The translations under genes were made by a program, and so were the position numbers. The notes under the pieces were generated by a model. It saw only the letters and a program-made list of their open reading frames with translations, was not told the origin of the DNA and did no database searches. Of a stretch of DNA of 64,000 bases, positions 1 through 9,181 are shown piece after piece. The number at the start of each line of letters is the position of its first letter. The first letter of the stretch is position 1. This DNA is from a virus (taxonomy: Duplodnaviria; Caudoviricetes): positions 1-64,000 of IMG/VR virus record IMGVR_UViG_642791616_000001. The stretch is one strand, 5' to 3'.

Positions 1-438
1 TCATTTTTCTTTTGATTTCTCCATATTTTGTTTCATAGTTTCTAGAACATCAATTGTAGGGATCGTATATATTGGGAAATCCATTCTTGACATTAAGTTT
101 GCCACACACTCACGAGCATATGGTAAAAGAAGAGGAACAACAGAATGATAGTTATATTCTTCAAATTTATCTCTGTCAAGACTTTCGTCTGACAATTCAG
201 TTTTCCCCTCATAAGTTAATTCAATAAAAAAGGGTCCTGAATCTTTGAAATGAACTTTAACATTCATTGAGATTAATGCACTGGTATCTGATAACAGTTT
301 AACGTTTCTTTCTACTGATAAAGCCAAATTTCTTTTTTTAGATTCAGCATCTAAAATCTCACATTTTAATGATGTCATTTTAACATCCTGTAGTTGAACT
401 GAATTTCTAACAATAGCATAGTAATCTAACATTTCCAT
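1..438 (-). CDS. SecB-like chaperone (145 aa, start MEMLDY)
   Basis: GGAGG RBS before ATG at 438; beta-rich N-terminus plus C-terminal VPLLLPYARECVANLMSRMDFPIYTIPTID resembling the SecB C-terminal helix motif (LFPYARExIxxLxxRxxFP). Confidence 0.8.
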   Translation of the reverse strand: MEMLDYYAIVRNSVQLQDVKMTSLKCEILDAESKKRNLALSVERNVKLLSDTSALISMNVKVHFKDSGPFFIELTYEGKTELSDESLDRDKFEEYNYHSVVPLLLPYARECVANLMSRMDFPIYTIPTIDVLETMKQNMEKSKEK

Positions 439-976
439 AATTAAATTCCTCCATAAAAAAAGGGACCTGCTCAGCAGATCCCCAGTTTGAATTTTGTGAA
501 AAAAGTTCATCAAAATTATACTCATCATCCACACTAAATTCATCGGATTCAGATAGTAGACTCTCAATAGATGCAGATACCTCATTTTTACATAAGGCAA
601 TATATTCATCTAAACTATTCACAAAAGAAATAATACACCCTCGAACTTCATCTGGATCTGAAAAGTCCATTTCATTTTTTAAAACAAATTCATCAATTTC
701 TATCATTGATACAAATCTTTTTTCATTAGGTAAGTTTGAAAAATCGATATTATTAAGTCGAGGCAGGCCTTTTTCAGTTATCCACTCTAAAAAATGAGTA
801 TCATTCCCGTCATTGCTATATGCTTTTTGAACAAGCTCATTAATATTTTCAGAATGCGATACAGAAAAATATGTGTTTAGCGCTTCACGACACAATTCTA
901 ACATCTTATCCATCGCCTTATCGGATTCAGTGTATTTTGTGAAAGCTTCTAAACCAAACCATTTTCTAATTTCCAT
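407..976 (-). CDS. Hypothetical acidic protein (189 aa) with acidic/aromatic C-terminal tail, overlapping the SecB-like start
   Basis: GGAGGT RBS before ATG at 976 (MEIRKW); 32-nt overlap with downstream gene. Confidence 0.75.
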   Translation of the reverse strand: MEIRKWFGLEAFTKYTESDKAMDKMLELCREALNTYFSVSHSENINELVQKAYSNDGNDTHFLEWITEKGLPRLNNIDFSNLPNEKRFVSMIEIDEFVLKNEMDFSDPDEVRGCIISFVNSLDEYIALCKNEVSASIESLLSESDEFSVDDEYNFDELFSQNSNWGSAEQVPFFMEEFNYGNVRLLCYC

Positions 977-1060
977 AATAATACCTCCAAACAGATAACC
1001 TACTAGTATATCTGATAAAAACCCATAATTCAAGTGGAAAAAATTTGTTTATCTTTGATT

Positions 1061-1089
1061 AATATACTACAGCAACTCACAGTTTACAA
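1061..1089 (-). promoter_or_regulatory. sigmaA-type promoter for the unknown gene + SecB-like operon
   Basis: TTGTAA-N17-TATATT on minus strand. Confidence 0.55.
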
Positions 1090-1221
1090 GAGAAATGTTT
1101 GTTCTATTTTTGTTTACCCTATATTGAACCTGTTTATTCAAGTATTTCATATTAAGAAGTCTTTAATTACTTTCTTTATAACATTCTAATCAAATCCGCC
1201 AGATATATTCCAAAAAATAAA

Positions 1222-1235
1222 AGAACATACGTTCG
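1222..1235. promoter_or_regulatory. LexA (Cheo/SOS) box
   Basis: AGAACATACGTTCG fits Bacillus CGAAC-N4-GTTCG. Confidence 0.65.
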
Positions 1236-1267
1236 TTAATAGGTGGCAATCGTAAGACACCTTTAAT

Positions 1268-2092
1268 TTATTTCAGCGCCTTTTCTAATGCCGCTTTCGT
1301 CTTTGGACCATAAATGCCATCAGCCACAAGTCCATGCATGAGCTGGAACCGCTTGACCGCATTCGCTGTTTTTGGTCCGTAATAGCCATCAATGCCGTTA
1401 TTTTTTGCGCCTTTGTCTGGATAGTAATATACAGCCGCTAGAGCTTCCTGTACGGCTTTTACTCCTGCCCCTTTAGTTAATGGCTTTGTTACTTTTAAAA
1501 TGCCAGAAGGCAGGTTGTACGTCTTTTTAGAAGTTGTTTTAGGCTTAGTTGTGCTTTTTGTTGGTGATGATTTAACCGGCGTTGTCTTGATTGGTTTTGC
1601 AGAAACTTTATTTGATAGTAATGACACCAAGACAGGACGCTTACCCGCTTGAAGCTGTGATAAAGTCAAACCGCCCATCATTTCAAGATGTGGGTAGTCC
1701 TTAAAACTCTTCCAGTCTCCACCCCACGAAAATCCTAGTGATTTACCGATTTGCGCTACTCGGCGCCATTTCTCGTTAACTGTCCAAAGCGCTTTTTTTC
1801 CATCCGCACTTAATAGAACGTAATCAATCGCTAAGCCATAGTTGTGATTTGATTGACCACCTTTAGCGTTGGTGACAATCTTCCCAGGAGCGGTACGACC
1901 TTTAGCGTAAAGCTTATTTTGTTCTGCAAACGAACGGTAGCCAGAAGTAATCTGAACAAAGATACCTTCTTTATATGCTTGCTTGATCATTTCAATTGCA
2001 CTTTCTTTTACAACACTGTTAATGCCAGCACCCATATTCCTAACCGAACGATCTATAAGAGTTTTTAATCCGATTTTTTCAGCCATGTTCAT
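1268..2092 (-). CDS. Endolysin: M15 L-Ala-D-Glu peptidase + peptidoglycan-binding domain
   Basis: TSGYRS, SNHNYGLAID, WGGDW, DYPHLE motifs; C-terminal DGIYGPKT repeats. Confidence 0.92.
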   Translation of the reverse strand: MNMAEKIGLKTLIDRSVRNMGAGINSVVKESAIEMIKQAYKEGIFVQITSGYRSFAEQNKLYAKGRTAPGKIVTNAKGGQSNHNYGLAIDYVLLSADGKKALWTVNEKWRRVAQIGKSLGFSWGGDWKSFKDYPHLEMMGGLTLSQLQAGKRPVLVSLLSNKVSAKPIKTTPVKSSPTKSTTKPKTTSKKTYNLPSGILKVTKPLTKGAGVKAVQEALAAVYYYPDKGAKNNGIDGYYGPKTANAVKRFQLMHGLVADGIYGPKTKAALEKALK

Positions 2093-2144
2093 TCTCCTCT
2101 GAATTCATTTTTTAAAAACAAAAAAGCCGCCTAATGGCAGCCGT

Positions 2145-2408
2145 TTATTTTGAAAGTCCTTTTTGTTTCAGAATTTCTTTTTGTTTTTTTCCTTTTTCGG
2201 TAACATAGTTATTTTTAAACCATGCGATAATGGCTGTAACCATCGTAAAAATGGTGGAACCTGCTACATATAGTGCCTCACCAGCGGTTTGTACTTGCTC
2301 CTCACTAATCGGCAACACCGTCTGCCCAAACATCACAAGCGTTTGATTAATAAAGGCAATTAAAAGAAGCACTGTACGGATCACAGTGCCTTTGTCGAAT
2401 GTTTTCAT
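2145..2408 (-). CDS. xhlB: Phage holin (SPP1/XhlB family)
   Basis: [11 protein letters not shown]...AWFKNNYVT, two hydrophobic segments, next to lysin. Confidence 0.85.
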   Translation of the reverse strand: MKTFDKGTVIRTVLLLIAFINQTLVMFGQTVLPISEEQVQTAGEALYVAGSTIFTMVTAIIAWFKNNYVTEKGKKQKEILKQKGLSK

Positions 2409-2420
2409 AAATGATTCCTC

Positions 2421-2642
2421 CTATTTTAAATTCCGTTCAATTTTATCGAGCTTGTCAATCACGACGTCATATTTCTCACTAAACTTTGCTAACACATCAT
2501 TTTGCGCTTCGATTTGTTCATTGAGCTTGTTTTCTCGTTCCTTTGTTGTGTTTAATACGTAAAACAGCACCCAACAAAAAAGAACCGCAAAGGGTCCTTG
2601 AGTCATCAAATATTGCGCCAAATCCATTTCCACCATACTCAC
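2421..2642 (-). CDS. bhlA: BhlA/UviB holin-like protein
   Basis: YLMTQGPFAVLFCWVLFYVL...KERE signature. Confidence 0.85.
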   Translation of the reverse strand: MSMVEMDLAQYLMTQGPFAVLFCWVLFYVLNTTKERENKLNEQIEAQNDVLAKFSEKYDVVIDKLDKIERNLK

Positions 2643-2694
2643 CTACTCCCTCACTTTGGTCACCCCCTTAAAGAAGGCAAAATAAAAAGCCCCT

Positions 2695-2835
2695 CTAGGC
2701 TTCGTATTGTTCTCCTGTTATTTCCTCATATTCTGAAATTGTGATATAGCCAATATCAACATAAAACGCAATGTCCGGAGGTCCATAACACTCCCATTCC
2801 CAGAACTGTTTTATATCAATTAATGTTGGATACAT
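2695..2835 (-). CDS. xkdX: XkdX family small protein (46 aa, absent from ORF track)
   Basis: Manual translation MYPTLIDIKQFWEWECY...ITISEYEEITGEQYEA. Confidence 0.8.
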   Translation of the reverse strand: MYPTLIDIKQFWEWECYGPPDIAFYVDIGYITISEYEEITGEQYEA

Positions 2836-3209
2836 CATTTTGAATCGCCACCTTTCAAAGATTCAAGTTCCATCATCAACTGTGCAAATTGTTTGGCCAT
2901 CTTAGCCTCACGAATTTTCGCTTCAGCTGCGTCTTTCGACAATTGTGCAACTTGTTTAGTTAACACCGCATTTTGCTGTTTTAATAAATCTATATCATCT
3001 GGTGGTTGCTCTATTTGTAAACTATCAATGTACTCTTGGCTTGCTGATTCGCTCCATGTCTTGCTTTTAGGATTGTATTTTGCTTTATACAACCCTTCTT
3101 GCGGCTGCTGATCAGTAAAACCCTCTGGAATTTCAGCATCATCGGGTATTTCTGAATCTCCATCAGGTATATACTTAAAATTTTTATCGTAGGCGTATAT
3201 TGGCTTCAT
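2835..3209 (-). CDS. Tail fibre assembly/chaperone-like protein (XkdW position)
   Basis: Between fibre and xkdX; similar to 54251-54538. Confidence 0.6.
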   Translation of the reverse strand: MKPIYAYDKNFKYIPDGDSEIPDDAEIPEGFTDQQPQEGLYKAKYNPKSKTWSESASQEYIDSLQIEQPPDDIDLLKQQNAVLTKQVAQLSKDAAEAKIREAKMAKQFAQLMMELESLKGGDSK

Positions 3210-3213
3210 AAAA

Positions 3214-4344
3214 TCACTCCTTTGCTTTAAACATGCAATTCACCACGATGAAGTCTTTATTACTCGTGGTATCTTGTATACAAAATCGGCCATCTGTTGC
3301 GATATACTGCCTACTAAACTGCGGCCCTTTAAATCCTCCTGTACTAGAAGCAATACCAACATTATAAAGAGGAAAAGGCGGCTCACATCCCTCTGGTAAC
3401 GTAAACGCAGGGACTTCTCCCAATGTGCCACCTGCGATGGCTCCTGTAACATGCACTATGCCTAAAGCGTCTTTTGCTACTCGTACCCGATAATCATTAT
3501 TGACCTCAGATTTATAAGTTTTCCACCCGTTCCTTATCGTGGGAAACTTCCAATTGAGTTTTGCGTCAGAATCAGTGATCATCCGTTTCCACCCTTTAAA
3601 TTCCCCACCTGTATGAACGGTTCCGAACCAGTACAGATTGTCAAAACTTCTACATAAACGAATGTCTTTTCTTGTGTCGATCCCCTCAACGTCAATATTA
3701 AAGAACGATGAATCGTTTGTGGTCGGTTTGTTTGTAAGGTATTGACCTGCTGCAGAATAACGGCCAGGGGGTAAAGATAAAATATCCGTTCCATCTAGCA
3801 CAGTTGGGAGCGGTTTACGATCACCTGAATCTTGAGTGATTTTGTACAATTGACCATTATTCCATTTATTCTTTTCGGCAGCTGACGGCAGCTGCGTCCA
3901 AGTGATAGATATATGGCTAGAATTATAATAAAAGTAATATGCATTGCCTGAAGTGTCTACCGCAAATCCCGTTCCGATGTTGTTTTGTCCCACAGTTTGA
4001 ATTCCTCTTAAATAGGCGTTACTAGGTGCAGGGGAATCCTCTACACCTGGGGATGCAATGAAAGTACAGGTTCCCTTGTCTTTGATCGCATCATAAATAT
4101 TTTTGTCAGCTGGGACAGAGATCAAGTATTTGCCATCATCAGCTGTGATTTTATATAGCTGCGATTCATCCCATTTCTTCTTCTCTTCTTCAGATGCATG
4201 TGGCTGAGTATCGCCAATATGTTCAATGATCTGATCTAACAGTCCAGTATCATTTTCAAGTAATACCTTCACCATGTCATTGAACAGATCCGCATGAGCT
4301 TTGTCACTTGTTTCGAACACTTTAGGAGATTTAATGTCCATCAA
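3214..4344 (-). CDS. Tail fibre / receptor-binding protein
   Basis: Position after baseplate; duplicated KWxxxQLYKIT motif; C-terminal NGW...AFTLP module. Confidence 0.75.
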   Translation of the reverse strand: MMDIKSPKVFETSDKAHADLFNDMVKVLLENDTGLLDQIIEHIGDTQPHASEEEKKKWDESQLYKITADDGKYLISVPADKNIYDAIKDKGTCTFIASPGVEDSPAPSNAYLRGIQTVGQNNIGTGFAVDTSGNAYYFYYNSSHISITWTQLPSAAEKNKWNNGQLYKITQDSGDRKPLPTVLDGTDILSLPPGRYSAAGQYLTNKPTTNDSSFFNIDVEGIDTRKDIRLCRSFDNLYWFGTVHTGGEFKGWKRMITDSDAKLNWKFPTIRNGWKTYKSEVNNDYRVRVAKDALGIVHVTGAIAGGTLGEVPAFTLPEGCEPPFPLYNVGIASSTGGFKGPQFSRQYIATDGRFCIQDTTSNKDFIVVNCMFKAKE

Positions 4345-4358
4345 TGATCGCTCCTTTC

Positions 4359-4742
4359 TTAATAGATGTCATCAATCTCAAAGATGAATTCAATGTCACC
4401 ATCTTTTTGCTTGTCTGTCATGGTGCGGATGGCGGTGAATTTGCCGTCTTCGTCGACAAGAGCCAATTCATTAATGACTTCCCCAGCAAGCTCCCCTTCA
4501 GCGATGGTGCATGTATACCGGATTTTCGCCGGCTCCATAAACTCATATGAATCAATGTCCTTTTGAACAAGTTCCTTTTTGAGTTCTTGTTCAGTGCCGT
4601 CTAGTGAGATCGGTTTCCCATCCTTCGTCCCACCCTTTCCGAAAGCCATCTTGACCACTTTCGTAAGCCTTGTTCCCTCCGCTCTAGCCTTCGCCATTTG
4701 TTGGCGAGCATAAAGCGTTGTAACGGTTAATTGATCAGCCAT
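4359..4742 (-). CDS. Tail-collar fibre-type protein
   Basis: MAFGKGG...INELALVDEDG pattern typical of myophage fibre N-terminal modules. Confidence 0.65.
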   Translation of the reverse strand: MADQLTVTTLYARQQMAKARAEGTRLTKVVKMAFGKGGTKDGKPISLDGTEQELKKELVQKDIDSYEFMEPAKIRYTCTIAEGELAGEVINELALVDEDGKFTAIRTMTDKQKDGDIEFIFEIDDIY

Positions 4743-4754
4743 TATGATCCTCCT

Positions 4755-5678
4755 TTATAAATCTATTTGATTGGACGTGGCAGCTAGATATTTTGAACCG
4801 TCTAGCGGTACTGATCCATCAAGCGTCCAATATTTCTGCTTAATGATTACACTTCCGCTTTGCTCATTTGATACATGAGCAGCCATGCGGAATGTTACTT
4901 TCCTTTTTTCTTTATTTACGTGTTTGAAACGAGAACGAAGTGTAAGAGCTGCTTGTTGATCCGTTTCATTTCTGGCTCCTACTATGACATATCTTGTACG
5001 TCCAAGAACTTTCATTTCTTTTTTTAGTTTCATGGCCAATTTTAAAGACTGCCTAAATCGAACAGGGATGTCAGTTGAATTGCGCGATCCACTAAGATAA
5101 AACGTACCATTTAGTAAAAATTCACCATTGAGTAAAATGGGAATGTGATCAAAAAAGCCCACTCTGCTGCGCAGTGTGAGCCGGTTATGATAATCTTTGA
5201 TTTCTTGAACATCAGTATGATGAACGCTTGTGAATTTGTAAGCCAAGTGTGCAGGCTTTAAGTTTTCAAGCGTCTCCACAATGTATCTGGTGTTCTGCAG
5301 GTCATCCAGGTTCACCCGTAAAGAGAAATGATAGCGGCCTGTCGTTAGACGAACCACTGCGCTAGGATTCTTCAGGAAGCGGTTGACTGCCCTCTCTAAA
5401 GAAGCATAAGTGATCGGTGGAATGTTGGACATGAGATTCAAAATACGTGCCCTGCGCAGCTCAATAGAATCACCTGATTCACGCTGCACCTTCAGCATTC
5501 TTTCCCATCGATTCAGCCCCCACGTGGCAGTGAGCGGAAACAGTTGATCAGTCATATCAAAAATAGAATCATCTAGCCTTTCCATCTCAGGAGCCTCTGA
5601 TTTCATTAATTCATCAAATTCAGTGATCTCCGTTAGATAGGCAGGGAGATAAGACTCCATTTCATCAATCTTGCTCAA
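4755..5678 (-). CDS. xkdU: Baseplate protein, XkdU/YmfQ-like with C-terminal extension
   Basis: ATWGLNRWERML, KPAHLAY motifs. Confidence 0.8.
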   Translation of the reverse strand: MSKIDEMESYLPAYLTEITEFDELMKSEAPEMERLDDSIFDMTDQLFPLTATWGLNRWERMLKVQRESGDSIELRRARILNLMSNIPPITYASLERAVNRFLKNPSAVVRLTTGRYHFSLRVNLDDLQNTRYIVETLENLKPAHLAYKFTSVHHTDVQEIKDYHNRLTLRSRVGFFDHIPILLNGEFLLNGTFYLSGSRNSTDIPVRFRQSLKLAMKLKKEMKVLGRTRYVIVGARNETDQQAALTLRSRFKHVNKEKRKVTFRMAAHVSNEQSGSVIIKQKYWTLDGSVPLDGSKYLAATSNQIDL

Positions 5679-6720
5679 TAACGTTCACCTGCCCTAGACG
5701 CGGAATCTCAATGTCTTGAAGCGGTAGGTTCTTTGCCTCACCGTTGATCAATACATCCGCATAATCAGACACACTATCCGCATGATACAAAATGTCATTA
5801 ATTGCTGACATTCTGATCACATTTTCTTCAAAGGCAAGTGATTTTAGAAGCGCTTTGACCTTCTCTTCAATTTCCTCTTGTGCATCTTCAATGGAGTAAT
5901 CCATTTTAAGCTCCACAGATACAGACACCTCAACATCTTTCCACTTGGCGCTTTCGACCGTCGCTTTTGAACCGATTGGCGCTTGGCCTTCCCCTTCCCC
6001 TGGAACCGGATCAATGTATTCTTGCACCTTATTGACGAGCAGATCCGTCGCAACATCAAAATTACCATCTGTGATGACAACTTTCACTGTACCTTCACCA
6101 TTCCAAAGCGGGAACACCTTCGCCCTGCCAACTCCTTCAACTTCTTCAGCCCACTTTTTATAATGGGCTTTGTTGGCACTGACAGCCTCCCGCCTTGCCC
6201 TCATCAAGTAACGCTCATAAAGAGCTTCATCGTCTTCTTCTTCTTGACCAGGTATTTTCAGCTCCTCGAAAATGACTGATTCTAAACCTGGTATGTTATC
6301 GAGCGATAGGAGCGGCAGTTCTGCAAAATTCCCATTACCTACAGCACCAGTCGTTTCACACTTCAGCGTGCCGTCAGATTGATACTGGAAGTACAGATTG
6401 TCGATATAGAATCTTGATCCTGTTGGTATTCTGATACCTTCAGGTGAGACTTCAACGGACCATACAGCACTTGTGGCCGCTTTACGAGTGATTCCCACTT
6501 CAGCAGCTCGTCTATCTAAAAATTCTCCCTGCGCTGTATCCGCAAAGACAAGATCGAATACCTGATCTAGCCATATATAAGATTGAGCAAGTTCCGCAGC
6601 TGCAGGAGCCAACGCATTCCATATCACGCTGTTTTCACGTTTATCAATATCATCGGGTATTCGTTCCAACATGCGTTCCATGATGGCTTCATAAGACTGA
6701 TCTTCAAACATCTTCGCCAA
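5665..6720 (-). CDS. xkdT: Baseplate J-like protein
   Basis: [34 protein letters not shown]. Confidence 0.9.
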   Translation of the reverse strand: MAKMFEDQSYEAIMERMLERIPDDIDKRENSVIWNALAPAAAELAQSYIWLDQVFDLVFADTAQGEFLDRRAAEVGITRKAATSAVWSVEVSPEGIRIPTGSRFYIDNLYFQYQSDGTLKCETTGAVGNGNFAELPLLSLDNIPGLESVIFEELKIPGQEEEDDEALYERYLMRARREAVSANKAHYKKWAEEVEGVGRAKVFPLWNGEGTVKVVITDGNFDVATDLLVNKVQEYIDPVPGEGEGQAPIGSKATVESAKWKDVEVSVSVELKMDYSIEDAQEEIEEKVKALLKSLAFEENVIRMSAINDILYHADSVSDYADVLINGEAKNLPLQDIEIPRLGQVNVIEQD

Positions 6721-7132
6721 TCACCTCCTCAATCTCCAAGGTCCCTTCATCTGTCACCACGTTAAAGAGCACTTTAAAGGTTGCCCCTTCTTTAGTGATA
6801 TCAAAATCTTGCACACTTTCAATTCTTTCATCCACTAAAAGAGCCTCTTCAATGAGCCGCGGGATCTCCATCTCCTTGTATTCGTCTGTTGATTCTTCAT
6901 CAGATACAGCTTCTTGTACTTCACATCCTACGTCATGGCTATAAACGGCATGTGAATATCGTTCTGTTCGCAAAGCCATATAGACGAATTGGCGAATGGC
7001 ATCGAGACCATTAATCTTTTCATTGGTTAGTCGGCCAGATGTGAAGTCAATTCGATAGGTGGTCGAAGGTTCAACAATATCCTCTTCGTCCTCATCCAAA
7101 TCCTCAATCTCTTCTTCAGGTGAAAGAGCCAT
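6704..7132 (-). CDS. xkdS: XkdS-like baseplate wedge protein
   Basis: ALRTERY...[11 protein letters not shown]; synteny. Confidence 0.85.
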   Translation of the reverse strand: MALSPEEEIEDLDEDEEDIVEPSTTYRIDFTSGRLTNEKINGLDAIRQFVYMALRTERYSHAVYSHDVGCEVQEAVSDEESTDEYKEMEIPRLIEEALLVDERIESVQDFDITKEGATFKVLFNVVTDEGTLEIEEVIGEDV

Positions 7133-7413
7133 TATGAACCACCTCCTACTACTTTATCTAAGATGTAAAACGTTTGGCCGCCTGTCATCGCAAGGACCAT
7201 GACACTATCGCCTTCTTCTAGCTCATCATCTTCTCCCTCGTCTAAGCGGGCTGGCCAGATAAGAAGTTCTTCAGGAATGATGAGTTTATCATTCTCATTG
7301 AGTCGAACACTAAGAGGGGAAACAGACACCACATCACCAAGTATCAAGTCAGTTGGCGATTGTGCATCCACAGCATCGACAGCCAATCGCTTAATTGCCT
7401 CGCTTAGTTTCAT
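7132..7413 (-). CDS. xkdR: XkdR-like protein
   Basis: [11 protein letters not shown]...[10 protein letters not shown]; synteny. Confidence 0.85.
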   Translation of the reverse strand: MKLSEAIKRLAVDAVDAQSPTDLILGDVVSVSPLSVRLNENDKLIIPEELLIWPARLDEGEDDELEEGDSVMVLAMTGGQTFYILDKVVGGGS

Positions 7414-8504
7414 GTCTGGTTCCCCGTTGGGATCGTATTCTTTTCAACGACATCAATCGTCATGGTGTGTTTGGTTCCTTTGAATTCGTGACTATCTTGA
7501 TCGATCCAGTACGTTTTTTTGATACCGATATCAGGAATGATGATGCGTATTGGCATGCCGCTTTGTAATCCAGGAATACCTAGAGCTTGGATGCTTTTCA
7601 GCTCTTTTTTTACGCCTTTCTTTTGAGCGAGTCGGACATCCGCTCTCTTTTGTAGCTGTGCTTGGTTGATTTCTCCTGACACTCTTTCAACGTGCTGCAG
7701 GATGCCGTATTTGCTTCTTGCTGACCTATCATTTGCCACAGCCAGCATTTCAATTTCTTTCTTTTGCGTGACCATCTTTGGCTTCTTTGGCTTTGTTGGT
7801 TTGGTCGTTTTCTTTTCTTTGTCAGTAGTCTTAGATTTCTTTTTTTCCTTCTTCAGCACCTTAATTTTATCCACGTGTGTTGCTCTCATCTTCACACGTG
7901 TGGCCGTTTCCTCAATCGAGGTGCTGTACTGATAATCAATGAGATTCACGCCTGATTCAATTACCCATACTTCGGACGGATCAGGCCATGCTCTAAGCCC
8001 CATCTTTCCTTTAGCAGAATAGATTTGATAGTTACGCCCTGTTTGCTTCTTTGTTTCTTTCAACGCCTGCAGGATGATGTCATAAAGGCTTGTATCGTTT
8101 TTGAATACAATTGATTTAATGACATGGCCAGTGTTAGCAATCGACGTCATCGGGATCTGAAAATCTTGACCAAGCCGCTTCATTATTTGATCAGCCCGTT
8201 TGTTTGCAAAGACATAGACATCCTGGTTCTTCACCAAATACTGAAGCATGTCATAAGCAGTAAAAGTGAGCTTTTCATCTTTGGGCGTTCTTGCAAAGAC
8301 TGTACCTCGAAAGAGTTCTTTTCCTTTCCACTTGAAAAGAACCGTGTCACCCTCTTTGATGCTGTAATATTTTTGTGAACCCTGTTTAGTCACGATCGTT
8401 GCTTGTATTGAGCGGGGGGCCTGATACCTTTGCCCCCGAAGTGTCACACTTTCTGTCACAAGCTCGTACATGGTGCCGCTTCTGATGGCAAAAAGCTCAA
8501 TCAA
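7410..8504 (-). CDS. xkdQ: XkdQ-like baseplate hub protein
   Basis: TTG start; AYDMLQYLVKNQD, YGILQHVE; synteny. Confidence 0.85.
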   Translation of the reverse strand: MIELFAIRSGTMYELVTESVTLRGQRYQAPRSIQATIVTKQGSQKYYSIKEGDTVLFKWKGKELFRGTVFARTPKDEKLTFTAYDMLQYLVKNQDVYVFANKRADQIMKRLGQDFQIPMTSIANTGHVIKSIVFKNDTSLYDIILQALKETKKQTGRNYQIYSAKGKMGLRAWPDPSEVWVIESGVNLIDYQYSTSIEETATRVKMRATHVDKIKVLKKEKKKSKTTDKEKKTTKPTKPKKPKMVTQKKEIEMLAVANDRSARSKYGILQHVERVSGEINQAQLQKRADVRLAQKKGVKKELKSIQALGIPGLQSGMPIRIIIPDIGIKKTYWIDQDSHEFKGTKHTMTIDVVEKNTIPTGNQT

Positions 8505-8515
8505 TGTCAGCCCCC

Positions 8516-9181
8516 CTATTGTGGTATTTTTAATTTTTGACCAGGGAAAATCCAATGCCCTGGTTGTCTAATATTGCGCCTACTTCGTTTGATCATCGCG
8601 GCTTTATTCGCATTCCAAATGCGGCGCCACTTTGTGCTGTCACCATAGAAACGACCAGAAATATCCCACAAGGTATCCCCCTTTTTAACGGTGTACACTT
8701 TTGGTGTGCCTTTTGAGCTGCGCTTTTTGCTGCTCTTTTTGGCTTTTCGTTTGATTTTTCTAGGTGATGCCGTTTTGTATTCTTTCAGCTGCAACGTGAA
8801 TTCACGATCGCCAATATCGTAAGTACCTTCGCTATGGTTAAAACTCTCTACGCTGCATTGCATATTTATTTTTGTTCCTGTAACAATAAAGCGTACAGGC
8901 TTTTTTGACTTCATGAACCTCTCTATTTTGGCGATCGCATTCTCTGGTGATGGAATGCTTTTATATTCAGCGATAGGTGTATACTTCTTTGGAAAAAAGG
9001 CTGTAAATGAAATTTGACGAGCTCCTGGTACATCCAAGAATGTGAGCTCGCCAAATTTTGATACTTTGATAGATTCATTTTGTACGTTGTTATTGAGTTC
9101 TAATTTTTCAGGAAGAACAGGGAATCGCAGTTTGTCCTTCCCTTGAGAAATCCACAATTGATATTTTGATTTAGCCATCAA
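8516..9181 (-). CDS. xkdP: XkdP-like LysM tail protein
   Basis: C-terminal Lys[14 protein letters not shown]...[10 protein letters not shown]. Confidence 0.9.
   Translation of the reverse strand: MMAKSKYQLWISQGKDKLRFPVLPEKLELNNNVQNESIKVSKFGELTFLDVPGARQISFTAFFPKKYTPIAEYKSIPSPENAIAKIERFMKSKKPVRFIVTGTKINMQCSVESFNHSEGTYDIGDREFTLQLKEYKTASPRKIKRKAKKSSKKRSSKGTPKVYTVKKGDTLWDISGRFYGDSTKWRRIWNANKAAMIKRSRRNIRQPGHWIFPGQKLKIPQ

Noticed and set aside
439-609. N-terminal extension of the 202-aa ORF 1..609
   Set aside because: Overlaps the upstream gene; a strong RBS supports the start at 438
3214-4344. Diversity-generating retroelement or invertible tail-fibre shufflon
   Set aside because: No reverse transcriptase, template repeat, invertase or inverted fibre cassettes seen
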